From Ginglymostoma cirratum (Eukaryota): 64,000 bases of DNA. This document shows, piece after piece, positions 40,052 through 52,790 of the stretch. The DNA lies in contig JAHRHZ010000026.1 in the NCBI GenBank assembly GCA_024137785.1, positions 33,458,312 to 33,522,311 of the forward strand, read 5' to 3'. The stretch's first letter is position 1. Each line of letters opens with the position of its first letter. The position numbers and the translations under genes are program-made. The notes beneath the pieces are model-generated. The model saw only the letters and a program-made list of their open reading frames with translations, made no database searches and had not been told where the DNA came from.

Positions 40052-40350
40052 GGGCAGTATGGTGGCTCAGTGGTTAGCATCACTGCCTCACTGTACCAGG
40101 GACTGAGGTTCAATTCTACCCTCAGACAACTGTGTGGACCTTGCACATCCTCCCCATGTCTGCATGGGTTTACTCTGTGTGCTCTGATTTCCTCCCACAG
40201 TCCAAAGATGCACTAGTTAGGTGTGTTAGCCATGGGAAATGCAAGGTTATAGGGTTATAGGGAAATGCAATGGGTCTGGGTGGGATGCTCTTCAGAGGGT
40301 TGGTATGGACTCAAGAGGCCAAATGGGTTCCTTCCACTCTGTAAGGATTC
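40052..40350 (+). mobile_element. HE1-type SINE
   Basis: ggtggctcagtggttagca head; ctcccacagtccaaagatg. Confidence 0.88.
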
Positions 40351-40589
40351 TGCTGCTTTGCTTCAATATCATTTTACATGCACAGGGTTTCTTACATTTC
40401 TCTCTGCTTTAGAACAAAGAAACACAATGAGTATTTCAGACGGCCACCCAAACCAACTCCATACTTTATTCAGCACAAATTTGAAACCTCAAATTTATAC
40501 AGCAGGGATTTTTAAACAATTTCACCCATTTTTCTGATTTCTCCACTGTCACAGGATTCAAGAATAAGCAGTTGTAAAGAGAATTGTGA

Positions 40590-40840
40590 TTGACCCTGTG
40601 GTAGTCCCCTCATGTCTGAGACAGCAGGCTGTGGGTTCAACTCCCAGCTTAGAGACTTGAACATCAAATTTGTACACACTCCAGTGCAGTGCTGAAGGGG
40701 ACCTGCATTCTTGAAGGTACCACCTTTTGAATGAGACACTAAAACCAGGAATCTGCTGATGGGTGTAAACAATCCCACGGCACTACATTTAAGAAAAGCA
40801 GAGGAATGCCCCTGGGTGTTCTTATCCAGTTCCATGAAAA
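40590..40840 (+). mobile_element. Deu-type SINE (SacSINE1-like) fragment
   Basis: gggttcaactccca B box; cactccagtgcagtgctgagggg; aatcccacggcacta. Confidence 0.7.
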
Positions 40841-41473
40841 CACAACGATTTCATTGAAAACTGTTGTCATATAAGCATCAGGCGCTTTTATCTTCCCTGT
40901 TCTACATATTTAACTGTAAAATCTTCCCTTTGTACTGCACCAGAACATCAGCTTAGATTCTGCACTCAGGAATAGAATTTGAGGCCACATCTTTGAACAG
41001 AATGCTGAAAGCTAACATTACTACTCACCCAGCCAATACACTAAAGTTTACTGCTTGGAGGTGGAACATGTGCGATGAAGTGGGTGTTCTCTTAACTTGC
41101 ATTTTAAAGCATCGTTCACAAGAAGACAGCATAAAAGGCTCCACACGGTAATCAGTGGAGTGCAGAGGGATTGGATAAACAGTCAGAGAGATGTCACCTT
41201 TTGGAGAAGATTTTATAGAGCTGCCCATCTTTCAGGTGGGCAGCAAATATCCCACAGCAGCTTTGCAAAGAGCAAGGATTAACTTTTGGTGACCTTGTCA
41301 AAGTTTAGTCAATCAAGCAACATCACTAAAACAGATCAGCCAATCATTAATGAAGTACAATTTGGCCATGTTTCCCAGGGAGCAGTGAATACCGTTCAAA
41401 AATAATATAAAATGTTTTGGATCATCTTGAACAGTGCTAACTAAACACAAATCTTTTCCTAGGAGCAGGAAAG

Positions 41474-41507
41474 CTTGACGTTTCGGGCCTAGATCCTTCA
41501 TCAGAAA
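41474..41507 (-). ncRNA. Minimal hammerhead ribozyme
   Basis: TT-CTGATGA-A-GGAT CTAG GCCC-GAAA-CG-TC-AA (one stem II mismatch). Confidence 0.7.
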
Positions 41508-42366
41508 TGGGGGAGGGGAAGAGGGTTCTGAAATAAATAGGGAGAGAGGGAGAGGCGGATAGAGGATGGATAGAGGAGAGGATAGGTGGAGAGGAGACAG
41601 ACAAGTCAAAGAGGTGGGGATGGAGCCAGTAAAGGTGAGTGTAGGTGGGGAGGTAGGGAGGAGATAGGTCAGTCCAGGGAGGACGGACAGGTCAAGGGGG
41701 CGGGATGAGGTTAGTAGGTCGGAAATGGGGGTGCGGCTTGAGGTGGGAGGAGGGGATAGGTGAGAGGAAGGACAGGTTAGGGAGGCGGGGACGAGCTGGG
41801 CTGGTTTTGGGATGCGGTAGGGGGAGGGGAGATTTTGAAGCTTGTGAAATCCACATTGATACCATTGGGCTGCAGGGTTCCCAGGCTGAATATGATTTGC
41901 TGTTCCTGCAGCCTTCGGGTGGCATCGTTGTGGCACTGCAGGAGGCCCAGGATGGACATGTCGTCTGAGGAATGGGTGGGGGAGTTGAAATGGTTCACAA
42001 CTGGGAGGTGCAGTTGTTTATTGCGAAACGAGCGCAGGTGGATTTCACAAGCTTTAAAATCTCCCCTCCCCCTACCGCATCCCAAAACCAGCGCGGCTCG
42101 TCCCCGCCTCCCTAACCTGTTCTTCCTCTCACCTATCCCCTCCTCCCACCTCAAGCCCCACCCCAATTTCCTACCTACTAACCTCATCCCGCCCCCTGGA
42201 CTGACCTATCTCCTCCCTACCTCCCCACCTACACTCACCTTTACTGGCTCCATCCGCGCCTTTTTGACTTGTCTATCTCCTCTCCACCTATCTTCTCCTC
42301 TATCCATCTTTTATCCGCCTCCCCCTCTCTCCCTATTTATTTCAGAACCCCCCTTCCCCTCCCCCA

Positions 42367-42400
42367 TTTCTGATGAAGGGTCTAGGCCCAAAACGTCAAG
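42367..42400 (+). ncRNA. Minimal hammerhead ribozyme, GAAA mutated to AAAA
   Basis: TT-CTGATGA-A-GGGT CTAG GCCC-AAAA-CG-TC-AA. Confidence 0.6.
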
Positions 42401-42709
42401 CTTTCCTGCTCCTATGATGCTGCTTGGCCTGCTGTGTTCATCCAACTCCACACCTTGTTATCTCGGATTCTCCAGCATCTGCAGTTCCTATTATCTCTGA
42501 TACAAATCTTTTCTTTCTTTCGGGACTTGGGAAAAAAAGGCATGATAACCCCATATTTCTGGGTGTGATTTATGATTAGCCATGAAGTCCGAGAGAACTT
42601 GCAGGTTCCTATTTTGCCTGCGAGATTAGAGGTCTGACTAAATTGGGTGGGCAAAATAATTCGTAAATCCCACTTTTAGACTTTTAGAATTTACAAATTC
42701 ACCAAGGGT

Positions 42710-43010
42710 CCTTCTAAACTCACTACCATCACCATCTATAACGACAAGAGTAGCAGTCATATCAGAAAGCCACCACCCGTAAGTTCCCCTCCAAGCTACT
42801 CACCAGCATTACCTAAAAATAGATAATTATTCCTTATTGTCTCACTGGGTCAACATCTTGGAACTCCCTCCCTCAAAGCATTGTGAGGCTTCCTACACCA
42901 AATGTACTGCAGTGGTTCAAGAAGGCAGGTCACCACCACCTTCTCAAGGGCAATTAGAGATGGGCAATGAATGGTGGCCTAGCCAGTGGTGTCTACATCC
43001 TGTGAATGCA
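42710..43010 (+). mobile_element. Second CR1-group LINE 3' end
   Basis: ggttcaagaaggcag..caccaccaccttctcaagggcaattag tail. Confidence 0.75.
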
Positions 43011-43455
43011 CTATAGAAGGAGTCTTCATACCCACATAATGTTAAAATGCAGACTGATCACATCCAGAACTCAAGCTTCTGATGCCCTGGACTGAACAAA
43101 TGTGATTCCGGGCTTTTTTCAAAGGCTTGTAAATTGCAGAGAGATGACAGACTGATGTATTTGATGATTTAACAGAGACATCAGCTGCCATATGCTCAAG
43201 CCTGAGAATGTAGAAGAATGGTCTGTGTCAGAGAGAGATGTACCTGCTTTAAAATTGCGTAAATAGAAGTGAATAGAGGCCAAAACCAACTACGGTCAGG
43301 CCATAGCCGCTCTTAGATACAGTCAGGCCAGAAACTACCCAGCAAGACATCCAAATAATACCCTAAACTGGAATCAAATCACAAAATCCGGCTTAAGGAG
43401 TGAGATGTCACCAACCTCACAACAGGTATTTTTATCCTGACTGAAGGGAATCTTA

Positions 43456-43674
43456 AATAAAAACCGAAAGAACTGCGGATGCTGTAAACCATAAACAAAA
43501 ACAGAAGTTGCTGGAAAAGCTCAGCAGGTCTGGCAGCATCTGTGAAGACAAATCAGAGTTAACCAGTTCTGAGGAAGGGTCACTCAACCCAAAACATTAA
43601 CTCTAATTTCTCTCCACAGATGCTGCTAGACCTGCTCTGCTTTTCCAGCAATTTCTGTTTTTGTTTCTATTAAA
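43456..43674. mobile_element. Palindromic PLE-derived insert (family B) with degenerate hammerhead at 43565-43602
   Basis: Inverted arms; possible TSD aatctta at 43449-43455 and 43675-43681. Confidence 0.82.
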
Positions 43675-45753
43675 AATCTTACATGACAATCCAGTTAAAC
43701 AACAGACCAAGGGGGTACGAGTCTCAATGCCAATCAAGAAAAAAATAACTCAGTTGTTCTAATCGCCGCATTTACCCAATCAGCTCATGAGAAGCCTTTA
43801 CTAACTCACAAGAAATGGACTTTGGGGTATGTCCAGACAGTAATTGCATCCTGTGTGATCTTTCGGTTCATAAATGTTGAATATCTACACAAGGACACAA
43901 CTAGATGCCACGGTTACAGTCAGCTTTGCTCTGTAACATCTGAATTGCTGGGGAGGAACAGCTGACTTGGCAATCCATGTTTTTTGAAGATCCCCATGAC
44001 TGAGTCAAGGTCATATTGTATCTGATTGTAGACTAAATGATACAGAATGATTAGTCACAAATGCCATGATCATTGTACCTCAGAACAGCAACCTTGTCCA
44101 TGCAACACCAGTGCTCCTATCACTGTTAATAACTGTATCTGTCTTATTCTGATAATTGAGCTCCAGCAAATTATTTTCGTCGCCATTCCCAGCGTTTTAG
44201 ATGAACAAAACAAATACCAGATTCTGGACCGAAAGTGAATTTATAGTCAATTATTAAGTGCACAGTTTTCATATTATCAACTTATTCCCTCATGAATCTA
44301 GGGGCCACCGGTGTCATTTCCTAACACAACAGCAGGCCCGAGAAAATCCAAAGGAGCTTTCTTTTTAATAATACACTATTCCCCACATTGCAACAGAGAC
44401 TGCACTTCAGAAATACTTCAACCACAGTAACACCTTTTGTGGAATGTCCCACGGACATGACTGGCGCTATATCAATGCAATTTTTATTCGGATTGTACTC
44501 TGCCCAGTTTGATACCTCAGTGGAGTAAGTCTCCTCCTGCAATGGTGTTTACCATGGTGGGACTGTGTGGGGGTCAGATGTGAGAGGTGAAATTGGCCTG
44601 GACTCTGGGGTCAGTGTCATACAGATCAGAACCTGCCTCTGGTATCACACCATTGCTTTTGCGTCCCTTGCAATGTAGCATTTTTAGTTGTTTATTCCCC
44701 CTGTAGGGATTAGTATCATAACCACCTCCAAATACTCAAAGCAACTAACTCCGCCTCTCCCTCCTCCTTTAAAGCATCTCTTAAAAGGCACCTCTAACAA
44801 GTTCGAGGTTATCAGTCCAAAATGCTAAGTATGCTGTTTGAGATCATATCTTTGTACTATTAGATTTCTGCGACATACTGGGGCTGTTTTGCAACATCCA
44901 AAGACACTATATAAATGAAAATGTTGTTGTGAAATAGTTACATTTTCCCAGCAATAGTTACTCATTTGAACAGAATTGCCCTTCTACAAATGCACATCCC
45001 CAGTCTACTCTGTTTGCCAGTCCAGGATCATTGCTGCAGCTCCTGTGATGATGTACTGCTCTTTCAGAAACAGTAAAACTGGCAAAATGGCACATACAGT
45101 TCCAACTCATCTTGTACATTTTGAAATGGAGCTACAGTATGACCAGTATGTTCATTTCTACTACTTTTTTGTAAACTATTTCTCCCCTCTGGGTTTTTGC
45201 AGTGGTTCATCCATTCAGGTAATCTTAGGCCAGACCTCCAGCTATTTTTTCAAACGTTACTTATCAACAATATATGTATGATGATATTTGCATTAGGTGT
45301 CTGGGCCCAGAGATGCGCTCGTTTCATCCTTCTAGCAGAGTCTCTCAGACATAACTACTGAGGTCACTGTCACATCACAGCATATTTTAGCAACTCCTCT
45401 GCATAGTCATTAAATCCTCTCTCTACACATAGTGCCCCAGATGGTGCAGCAACCCCCAGAAGATCAGCCACCAACTTTACAAGGATAGTACTGTGGGATG
45501 TGGCAAAATAGTCCCAAAAAGATGTATTAAAATCTTAGCACATCCTCTAGAAACTATATCTTATTTGTTAGCTTCTCGAAATCAAAATGCCATTGTCTGT
45601 CACTTAGAGCTTTTGAATTTCCAGTTCAAATTTGAAATTGGTATGAAGTTTTCTTTTTCTCAATAAATAGCATGTTTGGGAAAATTAGTTCAAGTTAAAA
45701 GATGTTTTGTTTCTTCGCATAATTCAGTGATTGAAATCCACGAAGAGTATATC

Positions 45754-45961
45754 GATAATAAAAACCGAGGGAACTGTAGATGCTGTAAATCAGGAAGAAA
45801 AACAGAAGTTGCTGGAAAAGCTCAGCAGGTCTGGCAGCATCTGTGAAGCAAAAATCAGTGTTAATGTTTCAGGTCACCGGACACGAAACATTAACACTGA
45901 TTTTTGCTTCACAGATGCTGCCAGACCTGCTGAGCTTTTCCAACAACTTCTGTTTTTGTTC
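45754..45961. mobile_element. Palindromic PLE-derived insert (family B)
   Basis: Near-perfect ~85-bp inverted arms; TSD aagagtatatc/aagagtacatc at 45743-45753 and 45962-45972. Confidence 0.85.
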
Positions 45962-46439
45962 AAGAGTACATCCTTGATGTCTGGCAGGCCTTAATAAAAC
46001 CCACTGAAAACAGACATGAAAACCATTCGGGAACTGGGAAGCATAGACCAGGAAGGCTCCTGATTTAATTATCAACCTGTACATATTAAGACTGATAGTT
46101 GCAGTAGCTCAATTCAGCTCAGTGCCTCCAGATTTTTGTGGGAAGAAAGAGCCAAACAGCCTCCTGCCACCTGCTCTTGCATCAATAATCGCGAGAGGTA
46201 CCAGAGGGCAGTTAGTGCCCCTGGAATGGTATCTCAGGAAGGAGTCAATATTTTGGGAGGGAGGAAATAGCTGAAGTACGGAACTGATAAACTGCAGCTG
46301 GGAATAACAGACTAGGAAGGCCTTGCATTCCTCCTTGGATCAGTGTCAGGTTCTTTAATCTCAAGCAGGGTAGCAACGGCAGAAGTGATACAACTGGACT
46401 CAGCAGCAGGGAGTCACCAATCAGACGTTTTTCTCTTGT

Positions 46440-46770
46440 ACACTATTTGAAAGGTGGGCACCGTTGGCAAGGCTCTGCATTTAATGCCCATTTTGAACTA
46501 ATCCTCGAGAAGATTGTGGATTTCCAGGCTACTGCAGAGGGTAGACCACATTGTAGATGGTCTGGAGTCTAACCTCAGGAAGGTTAGCCATTGAAAAAAA
46601 TCAGAGTCCAACCCAGTAAAGCAAATCAAGCCAGGACAGCAGATTACCTTTCTAAAGGGCATCAGTGAACATGTTGAGTTTTTTTTAATGACAATCATTT
46701 CAACACTATTTGTTTAATTATTAAGTAATTACCTCAGTTGCTGTGGTGGAATTTTGAACATTATTAACCC
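46440..46770 (-). mobile_element. Degenerate tRNA-SINE of the 29712-30067 family
   Basis: ccacattgtagatggtctggagtc...ccttcctaaagggcat..gtgaac-like similarity. Confidence 0.55.
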
Positions 46771-48564
46771 AGCTTTCAAACCAGCCCCCCAGACTCATAA
46801 TAATGGGTTACAGTCCGAGCTGCAAGGATAGAACTCAAATCCAGTCTCAATAGGCAGATGATTAATAATGCTCAAAATGAGAAAAACAGTCAAATGTCAC
46901 AGCGATGACGACAGAGAGACTGAGTTGAATGCGGTTACCGAATTTAGCATTAGTAGTTTTATCGCTATCTCAGGGGGAATTGCAGTGATGATTTCAACCT
47001 TACTGTCTGCCTATTATCCAGCTCCCTGGCAATATACATTCAACATCCTTCTCGTCACTTCTACCAATTACCAGTATTCAATTGTGCAAACAGCAATTCA
47101 AAAAGTCAATGAGTATTTCAACAATTTCTAAGAAAGGACACTGATTGTGAGCTCCTTTCAAGAAGGAAGCATGTTACAATTATACATGTTATTGCTGATG
47201 TCAATTGCTCTACTTTTCGACTCAGGTACATTAAACATCAGCAATGAAATTAGATTCACACATGCGAAGTTACTCAGAAAAACTTTTATTTCTCCTCCGC
47301 AGTTTGGTCTCCTCACGCTACTTTTTATCCACATGGCCACTGAGAGGCACAATCTTTGATGACAACGTCATTTGCCAATACAAGACTGCAGCTAGGTTCC
47401 ATCAAGTCCTGATTCAAAGTCATGTCACTTGGGAACCCCCAGCATCTAGCAGCGAGGACAGTAGTCAATACTTTATCAACCTCCTCCCCCAACCCCAACA
47501 GCAGCATCACCGGAGGCAAATGTCACACTCTCCGACTCGAATAACCAAACTCTGAGCGATTGACAGGACTATGGCGTGCACCAGCAGTTATTTCCAAGTC
47601 AGGCTTACATATTCCTTCATCTAGCAATAAAGCCAGGAATGGGGGATACAAGTCTGTCCCAAAATCCTACCTCACAATGATGGCACTGGTTAGTTGCCAA
47701 CAAACACACCAAATTCGAGAGTAAACTGGGATCTTTATACTGTAAAGTTGCCCTCATTCAGTGCTTTCAGAAACAACCTTGATGTTTGTAGGAGATAACT
47801 AAAATAATATTAATCAGAAACAGATAGAAATGGCATTAATATATGGTCTTGTTGCCCTTACATAGTTTCCTATTTTATGATCCTCTGGAACAAGCCCAGT
47901 AAAATAGCTACTAAATCAGTTTTTGGGAAGTGGCCAAGTATGCACTCTCCACTGCAAGAACTTTCCAGAACTTACTAGTGCTGTGTCATATCAAGCCAGC
48001 TGCTCTCCTACTATCACACAAAACAGATTGGTTTCAGAAACACATCCTGTCCTCCTGACGTTCACTGTGAAATTGCACCACGACCAGCCTACTCCCAACA
48101 ACATGTTGGAAGAAAGATGACTCTACAATTCTGCCAGATTCAGGCTGAAGCTGAACTGAAATGGAATCACAACATGCTGCAAATGAATGGGTTGTTGGGA
48201 GAGGGGAAGCTGGGAAAGAGGAAGACAGAGGGTCTGTCAACATTTAGAAGACCAAATTCCACATGAGGCAAACACTTACAATAAAAGTCCCACTGGTTAT
48301 CATTTAGATGTCAATTAACTTGTTTTGCAATCTACAGTTTTCCAATTTTACTTAAGATTCCTAACATTTATGGCTTTCCCTTTGATTTTAAGCATTAATT
48401 GCTTTCTCTGGTCGAATATGTCGCATCAGTGGTCCCTTCACTTAGAACCTAAAACTTTGGGTGCACATTTTCAACAACTGGTGATCAACAAATCTCCTGT
48501 AATGAATTCAAGATTACCCTCATTTTTAGTACACTTCCTTTTCTAACTGAAAGCTAAATGGCAC

Positions 48565-49525
48565 ACGAACAGGAGTAGGCCCATTGAGACTGCCCCACCA
48601 TTTGGTACAATTATGGCTTCACTTCCATGCTTTTTAGTCACCCAAACCCATAACCATGTACACCATTAGCGACAGAAAGCCGTCATTTCCTACCTTAAAC
48701 GTACTCAAAAACTGAACTTCCGTAGCCCTCTGATAGAGAATTCCAAATGTTCACAACCCCCTGAGTAAAAAAAATACTCCTCATCTCAAACCACAGTGAT
48801 CTCTTCCTTGTTATTAAGTTGTATCCCCTGGCTCTCGACTCCCCAATCAGGGGAACCATTATATCTACATCTACCCTATCTATGCCCTTTTAGTACTTTG
48901 TACATTTCAGTGAAATCACCTACCATTCTTCAAAAGCCTAGAGAATACAGAACCAGAAATTACTGGAGAAGCTCAGCAGGTCTGGCAGCATCTGTAGAGA
49001 GAAAGCAGAGTCAATGTTTCCAGTCCAGTGGCACTTCTTCACTTTGTGTTCTGAAGAAAGGTCACTGGCCTCAAAACGTTAACTTGCTCTCTCTCCACAG
49101 ATATTGTCAGACCTGCTGAGCTTCTCCAGCAATTTCTGTTTTTGTTTCAGATCTTGAGAATCTGTAGTTCTTCGTTTTATCCCAGAGAACACAGGCCCAG
49201 TTCGCCCAAAGTCTCTTCATAGAATTGTTATGCCATCTCAAAAAGAAGTCTGGTCAACCTTCCTCTACTATATTTCCTGAAATAAGGAGATCAAAATTGT
49301 ACAAATTACTCAAGGTACAGTCTAATCAAGTTCCTATACAATTGAAGCAGGACCGCTATATACAAATCCTCTTGTAATAAAAGCTGACATTCTACTAGCC
49401 TTCCTAATAGTTTGCTGCCATTTCTGTGTTGTCCTTAGGTGACTTATCAACAAGGACACCTATGTCCCTTTGTACATCTGCATTTTCCAACCTTTCAACA
49501 TTTCAGAAATACACTGCACATCTGT
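48565..49525 (-). mobile_element. Old CR1 LINE 3' part (continues at ~51240-51330, 51570-51860, 52790-53180)
   Basis: aggagtaggcc tail; minus-strand VANVTPLFKKG..GNYRPISL at 52861-53097. Confidence 0.7.
48951..49180. mobile_element. Palindromic PLE-derived insert nested in the old CR1
   Basis: Inverted arms; CTGAAGA motif at 49051; TSD cctagagaatacag/cccagagaacacag. Confidence 0.78.
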
Positions 49526-51238
49526 TTCGTCAGTATTCACAAAGGAAAAAGACAATTCGTCAGTATTCACAAAGGAAAAAGACAATGTTGTTGAGGAGAA
49601 TACTGAGATACAGGCTATTAGACTAGACGGGATTAAGGTTCATAAGGAGGAGGTGTTAGCAATTCTGGAAAATGTGAAAATAGATAAGTCCCCTGGGCCG
49701 GATGGGATCTATCCTAGGATTCTCTGGGACGCTAGGGAGGAGATTGCAGAGCCTTTGGCTTTGATCTTTATGTCGTCATTGTCTACAGGAATAGTGCCAG
49801 AAGACTGGAAGATAGCAAATGTTGTCCCCTTGTTCAAGAAGGGGAGTAGAGACAACCCTGGTAATTATAGACCAGTGAGCTTTACTTTGGTTGTGGGTAA
49901 AGTGTTAGAAAGGATTATAAGAGATAGGATTTATAATCATCTAGAAAGGAATAATTTGATTAGGGATAGTCAACATGGTTTTGTGAAGGGTAGGTCGTGC
50001 CTCACAATCCTTATTGAGTTCTTCGAGAAGGTGACTAAACAGGTGGATGAGGGTAAAGCAGTTGATGTGCTGTATATGGATTTCAGTAAAGCGTTTGATA
50101 AGGTTCCCCACGGTAGGCTATTGCAGAAAATACGGAGGTATGGGATTGAGGGTGATTTAGCAGTTTGGATCAGAAATTGGCTAGCTGGAAGAAGACAGAG
50201 GGTGGTGGTTGATGGGAAATGTTCATCCTGGAGTTCAGTTACTAGTGGTGTACCACAAGGATCTGTTTTGGGGCCACTGCTGTTTGTCATTTTTATAAAT
50301 GACCTGGATGAGGGCGTAGAAGGATGGGTTAGTAAATTTGCAGATGACACTAAAGTCGGTGGAGTTGTGGATAGTGCGAAAGAATGTTGCAGGTTACAGA
50401 GGGACATAGGTAAGCTGCAGAGCTGGGCTGAGAGGTGGCAAATGGAGTTTAATGCGGAAATGTGTGAGGTGATTCACTTTGGAAGGAGTAACAGGAATAC
50501 AGAGTACTGGGCTAATGGTAAGATTCTTGGTAGTGTGGACGAGCAGAGGGATCTCGGTGTCCATGTGCATAGATCCCTGAAAGTTGCCACCCAGGTTGAT
50601 AGGGTTGCTAAGAAGGCGTACAGTGTGCTAGGTTTTATCGGTAGAGGTATTGAGTTTGAGCCGTGAGGTCATGTTGCAGCTGTACAAAACTCTGGTGCGG
50701 CCGCACTTGGAGTATTGCGTACAGTTCTGGTCGTCGCATTATAGGAAGGATGTGGAAGCATTGGAAAGGATACAGAGGAGATTTACCAGGATGTTGCCTG
50801 GTATGAAGGGAAGGTCTTATGAGGAAAGGCTGACGGACTTGAGGCTGTTTTCGTTAGAGAGAAGAAGGTTACGAGGTGACTTAATAGAGACATACAAGAT
50901 GATCAGAGGATTAGATAGGGTGGACAGCGAGAGCCTTTTTCCTCGGATGGTGATGGCTAGCATGAGGGGACATAGCTTTAAATTGAGAGGTGATAGGTAT
51001 AGGACAGACGTCAGAGGTAGATTCTTTACTCAGAGAGTAGTAAGGGCGTAGAATGCCTTGCCTGCAACCGTAGTAGTAGATTCGCCAACTTTAAGGGCAT
51101 TTAAATGGTCGTCAGATAAATACATGGATGATGATGGAATAGTGTAGGTTAGATGGGCTTCAGATTGGTTTCACAGGTCGGCGCAACATCGAGGGCTGAA
51201 GGGCCTGTACCGCGCTGTAATGTTCTATGTTCTATGTT
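49526..51238 (+). mobile_element. Young 5'-truncated CR1 (HER1-like) LINE
   Basis: Long RT ORF followed by 3' UTR and (TTCTATG)n-like tail. Confidence 0.97.
49530..51051 (+). pseudogene. CR1 ORF2 reverse transcriptase (lacks endonuclease; one frameshift ~50655; premature TAG at 51049)
   Basis: KSPGPDGIYPR, NYRPVS, YMDFSKAFDKV, GVPQGSVLGPLLF, KFADD, RPHLEYCVQFW. Confidence 0.93.
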
Positions 51239-51329
51239 TCCACTACCAAAGTGGGATAACCTCACCACTTTTTCCACATTAGTTTGCGTCTGTCACCTTC
51301 TTTCCCATTCATTAGGCCTGTCCAAATAG

Positions 51330-51570
51330 TGTCACAGAGTCATACACCATGGAAACAGACCCTTCATCCCAACTCATCCAGGTTGACCAGATACCTCAGT
51401 TTGACCTAGTCCTGTTTGCCCACACTTGGCCCATATCCCTCTCAACCCTTCTTATTCATATACCCATCCAGATACCTTTTAAATGTTGTAATTATACCCA
51501 CCTCCACCACCTTCTCTGGCAGCTCATTCCATACACGCACCACCCTTTGCATGAAAATGTTACTCCCAAA
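51330..51570 (-). mobile_element. CR1 3' fragment
   Basis: agagtcatacaccatggaaacagaccc tail. Confidence 0.78.
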
Positions 51571-51864
51571 TCCTCAAGTTCAATTTACATCTTCCTCATA
51601 ACACACATTCCAGCTTAGCTTTGTATCATCATGCAAATTTTGCAATACCACATTTGGTTCTCATGTCTAAATGATTGCTCTATATTGTGAATAGCCGGGG
51701 ACCCAAGCACAAATCTTTACCATACCCCGCCCGTCACTGCCTACCAATGCAAGATTGATCCATTGATCACTTTCTTGATTCCGTCTGTTAGCCAACCTTA
51801 AATCCAGACCAGTACATTACTTCCTATCTCATGTTCGCTATTCTTTCTAATCAGCATCCTAGGA

Positions 51865-52790
51865 CATAGAACAGTTCAGCACAAGAACAGGCCCTTTGGT
51901 CCACAATGTCTGCGATGACCATGATGCTATCCTAAACTAATCCCACCTACCTTCACATGGTCTGTATCTCTCTATTCTCTGCCTGTTCATGTGTCTGTCT
52001 AAATGCCTCTTAAATGTTGCTACCGGATCTGCTTCTACTACCTACTCTTGCAGCGTATTCCAGGTAGTGTACCCAGCACCGTCAATGTAAAGAACTTTCT
52101 TCGTACATGTGCTTTAAACTTTTCCTCTCTTACATTAAACCATGCCCCCTAGTATTTGACATTTCCACCCTGAGAAAGAGATTCTGACTATCCATCCTAT
52201 CCATGCCTTATAACTTTTTGTACTTCTATCAAGTTGCCCCTCAACCTCTAGCAAAAACAATCCAAGTTTGTCAAACCTCTCCTTATGGCTAATATACTCC
52301 AATCCAGGAAACATCCTGGTAAACCTCTTTTGCATCGTCTCCAAAGCCTCCACTTCCTTCCTACATTGTGGCAATCAGAACTGTGCATAGTACCTCAAAT
52401 GTGGCTTGACCAAAGTCTTATACAGTTACAATGTGACTTGTTAACTTTTATACCCAATGCCCTGACCGAAGAAGGAAAGCATGCCATACGGCTTTTTTAC
52501 CACCTTATCCACATGTGTTGTCACAATCAGGGAGCTTTGGACCTGTATTCCAAGATCCCTCTACATCAATGTTCCTAAGGGTCCAGCCATTTACAGTATA
52601 CTTTCCTCTTGCATTTGGCCTCGCAAAAACATCACCTCACATTTGTCTGGATTAAACTCCATTTGCCATTTCTCTGCCCAAAGTTCCAGTTGATCTATAT
52701 TCCACCACATCCTTTGATATCTTTCCTCACTATTTACAACTCCACCAATTTTCATGTCATCCGCAAAGTTATTAATCAGTCCTCCTATGG
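51865..52790 (-). mobile_element. CR1 LINE, 5'-truncated
   Basis: NFADDMKIGGVV, WAEKWQMEFNPDKCEV, ETMQKRFTRM. Confidence 0.9.

Larger units (their letters stand above)
41459..42501. mobile_element. 1.04-kb palindromic Penelope-like insertion (minus arm 41459-42037 with GIY-YIG C-terminus; plus arm 42038-42501)
   Basis: HLPVVNHFNSPTHS..MSILGLLQC..EQQIIFSLGTLQPNGIN; 12-bp TSD acaaatcttttc at 41447-41458 and 42502-42513. Confidence 0.93.

Noticed and set aside
41313-42500. Pro/Ser-rich and Gly/Arg-rich ORFs of about 140-220 aa
   Set aside because: These are read-throughs of the low-complexity PLE 3' region on both arms of the palindrome; only the GIY-YIG tail is real coding ancestry.
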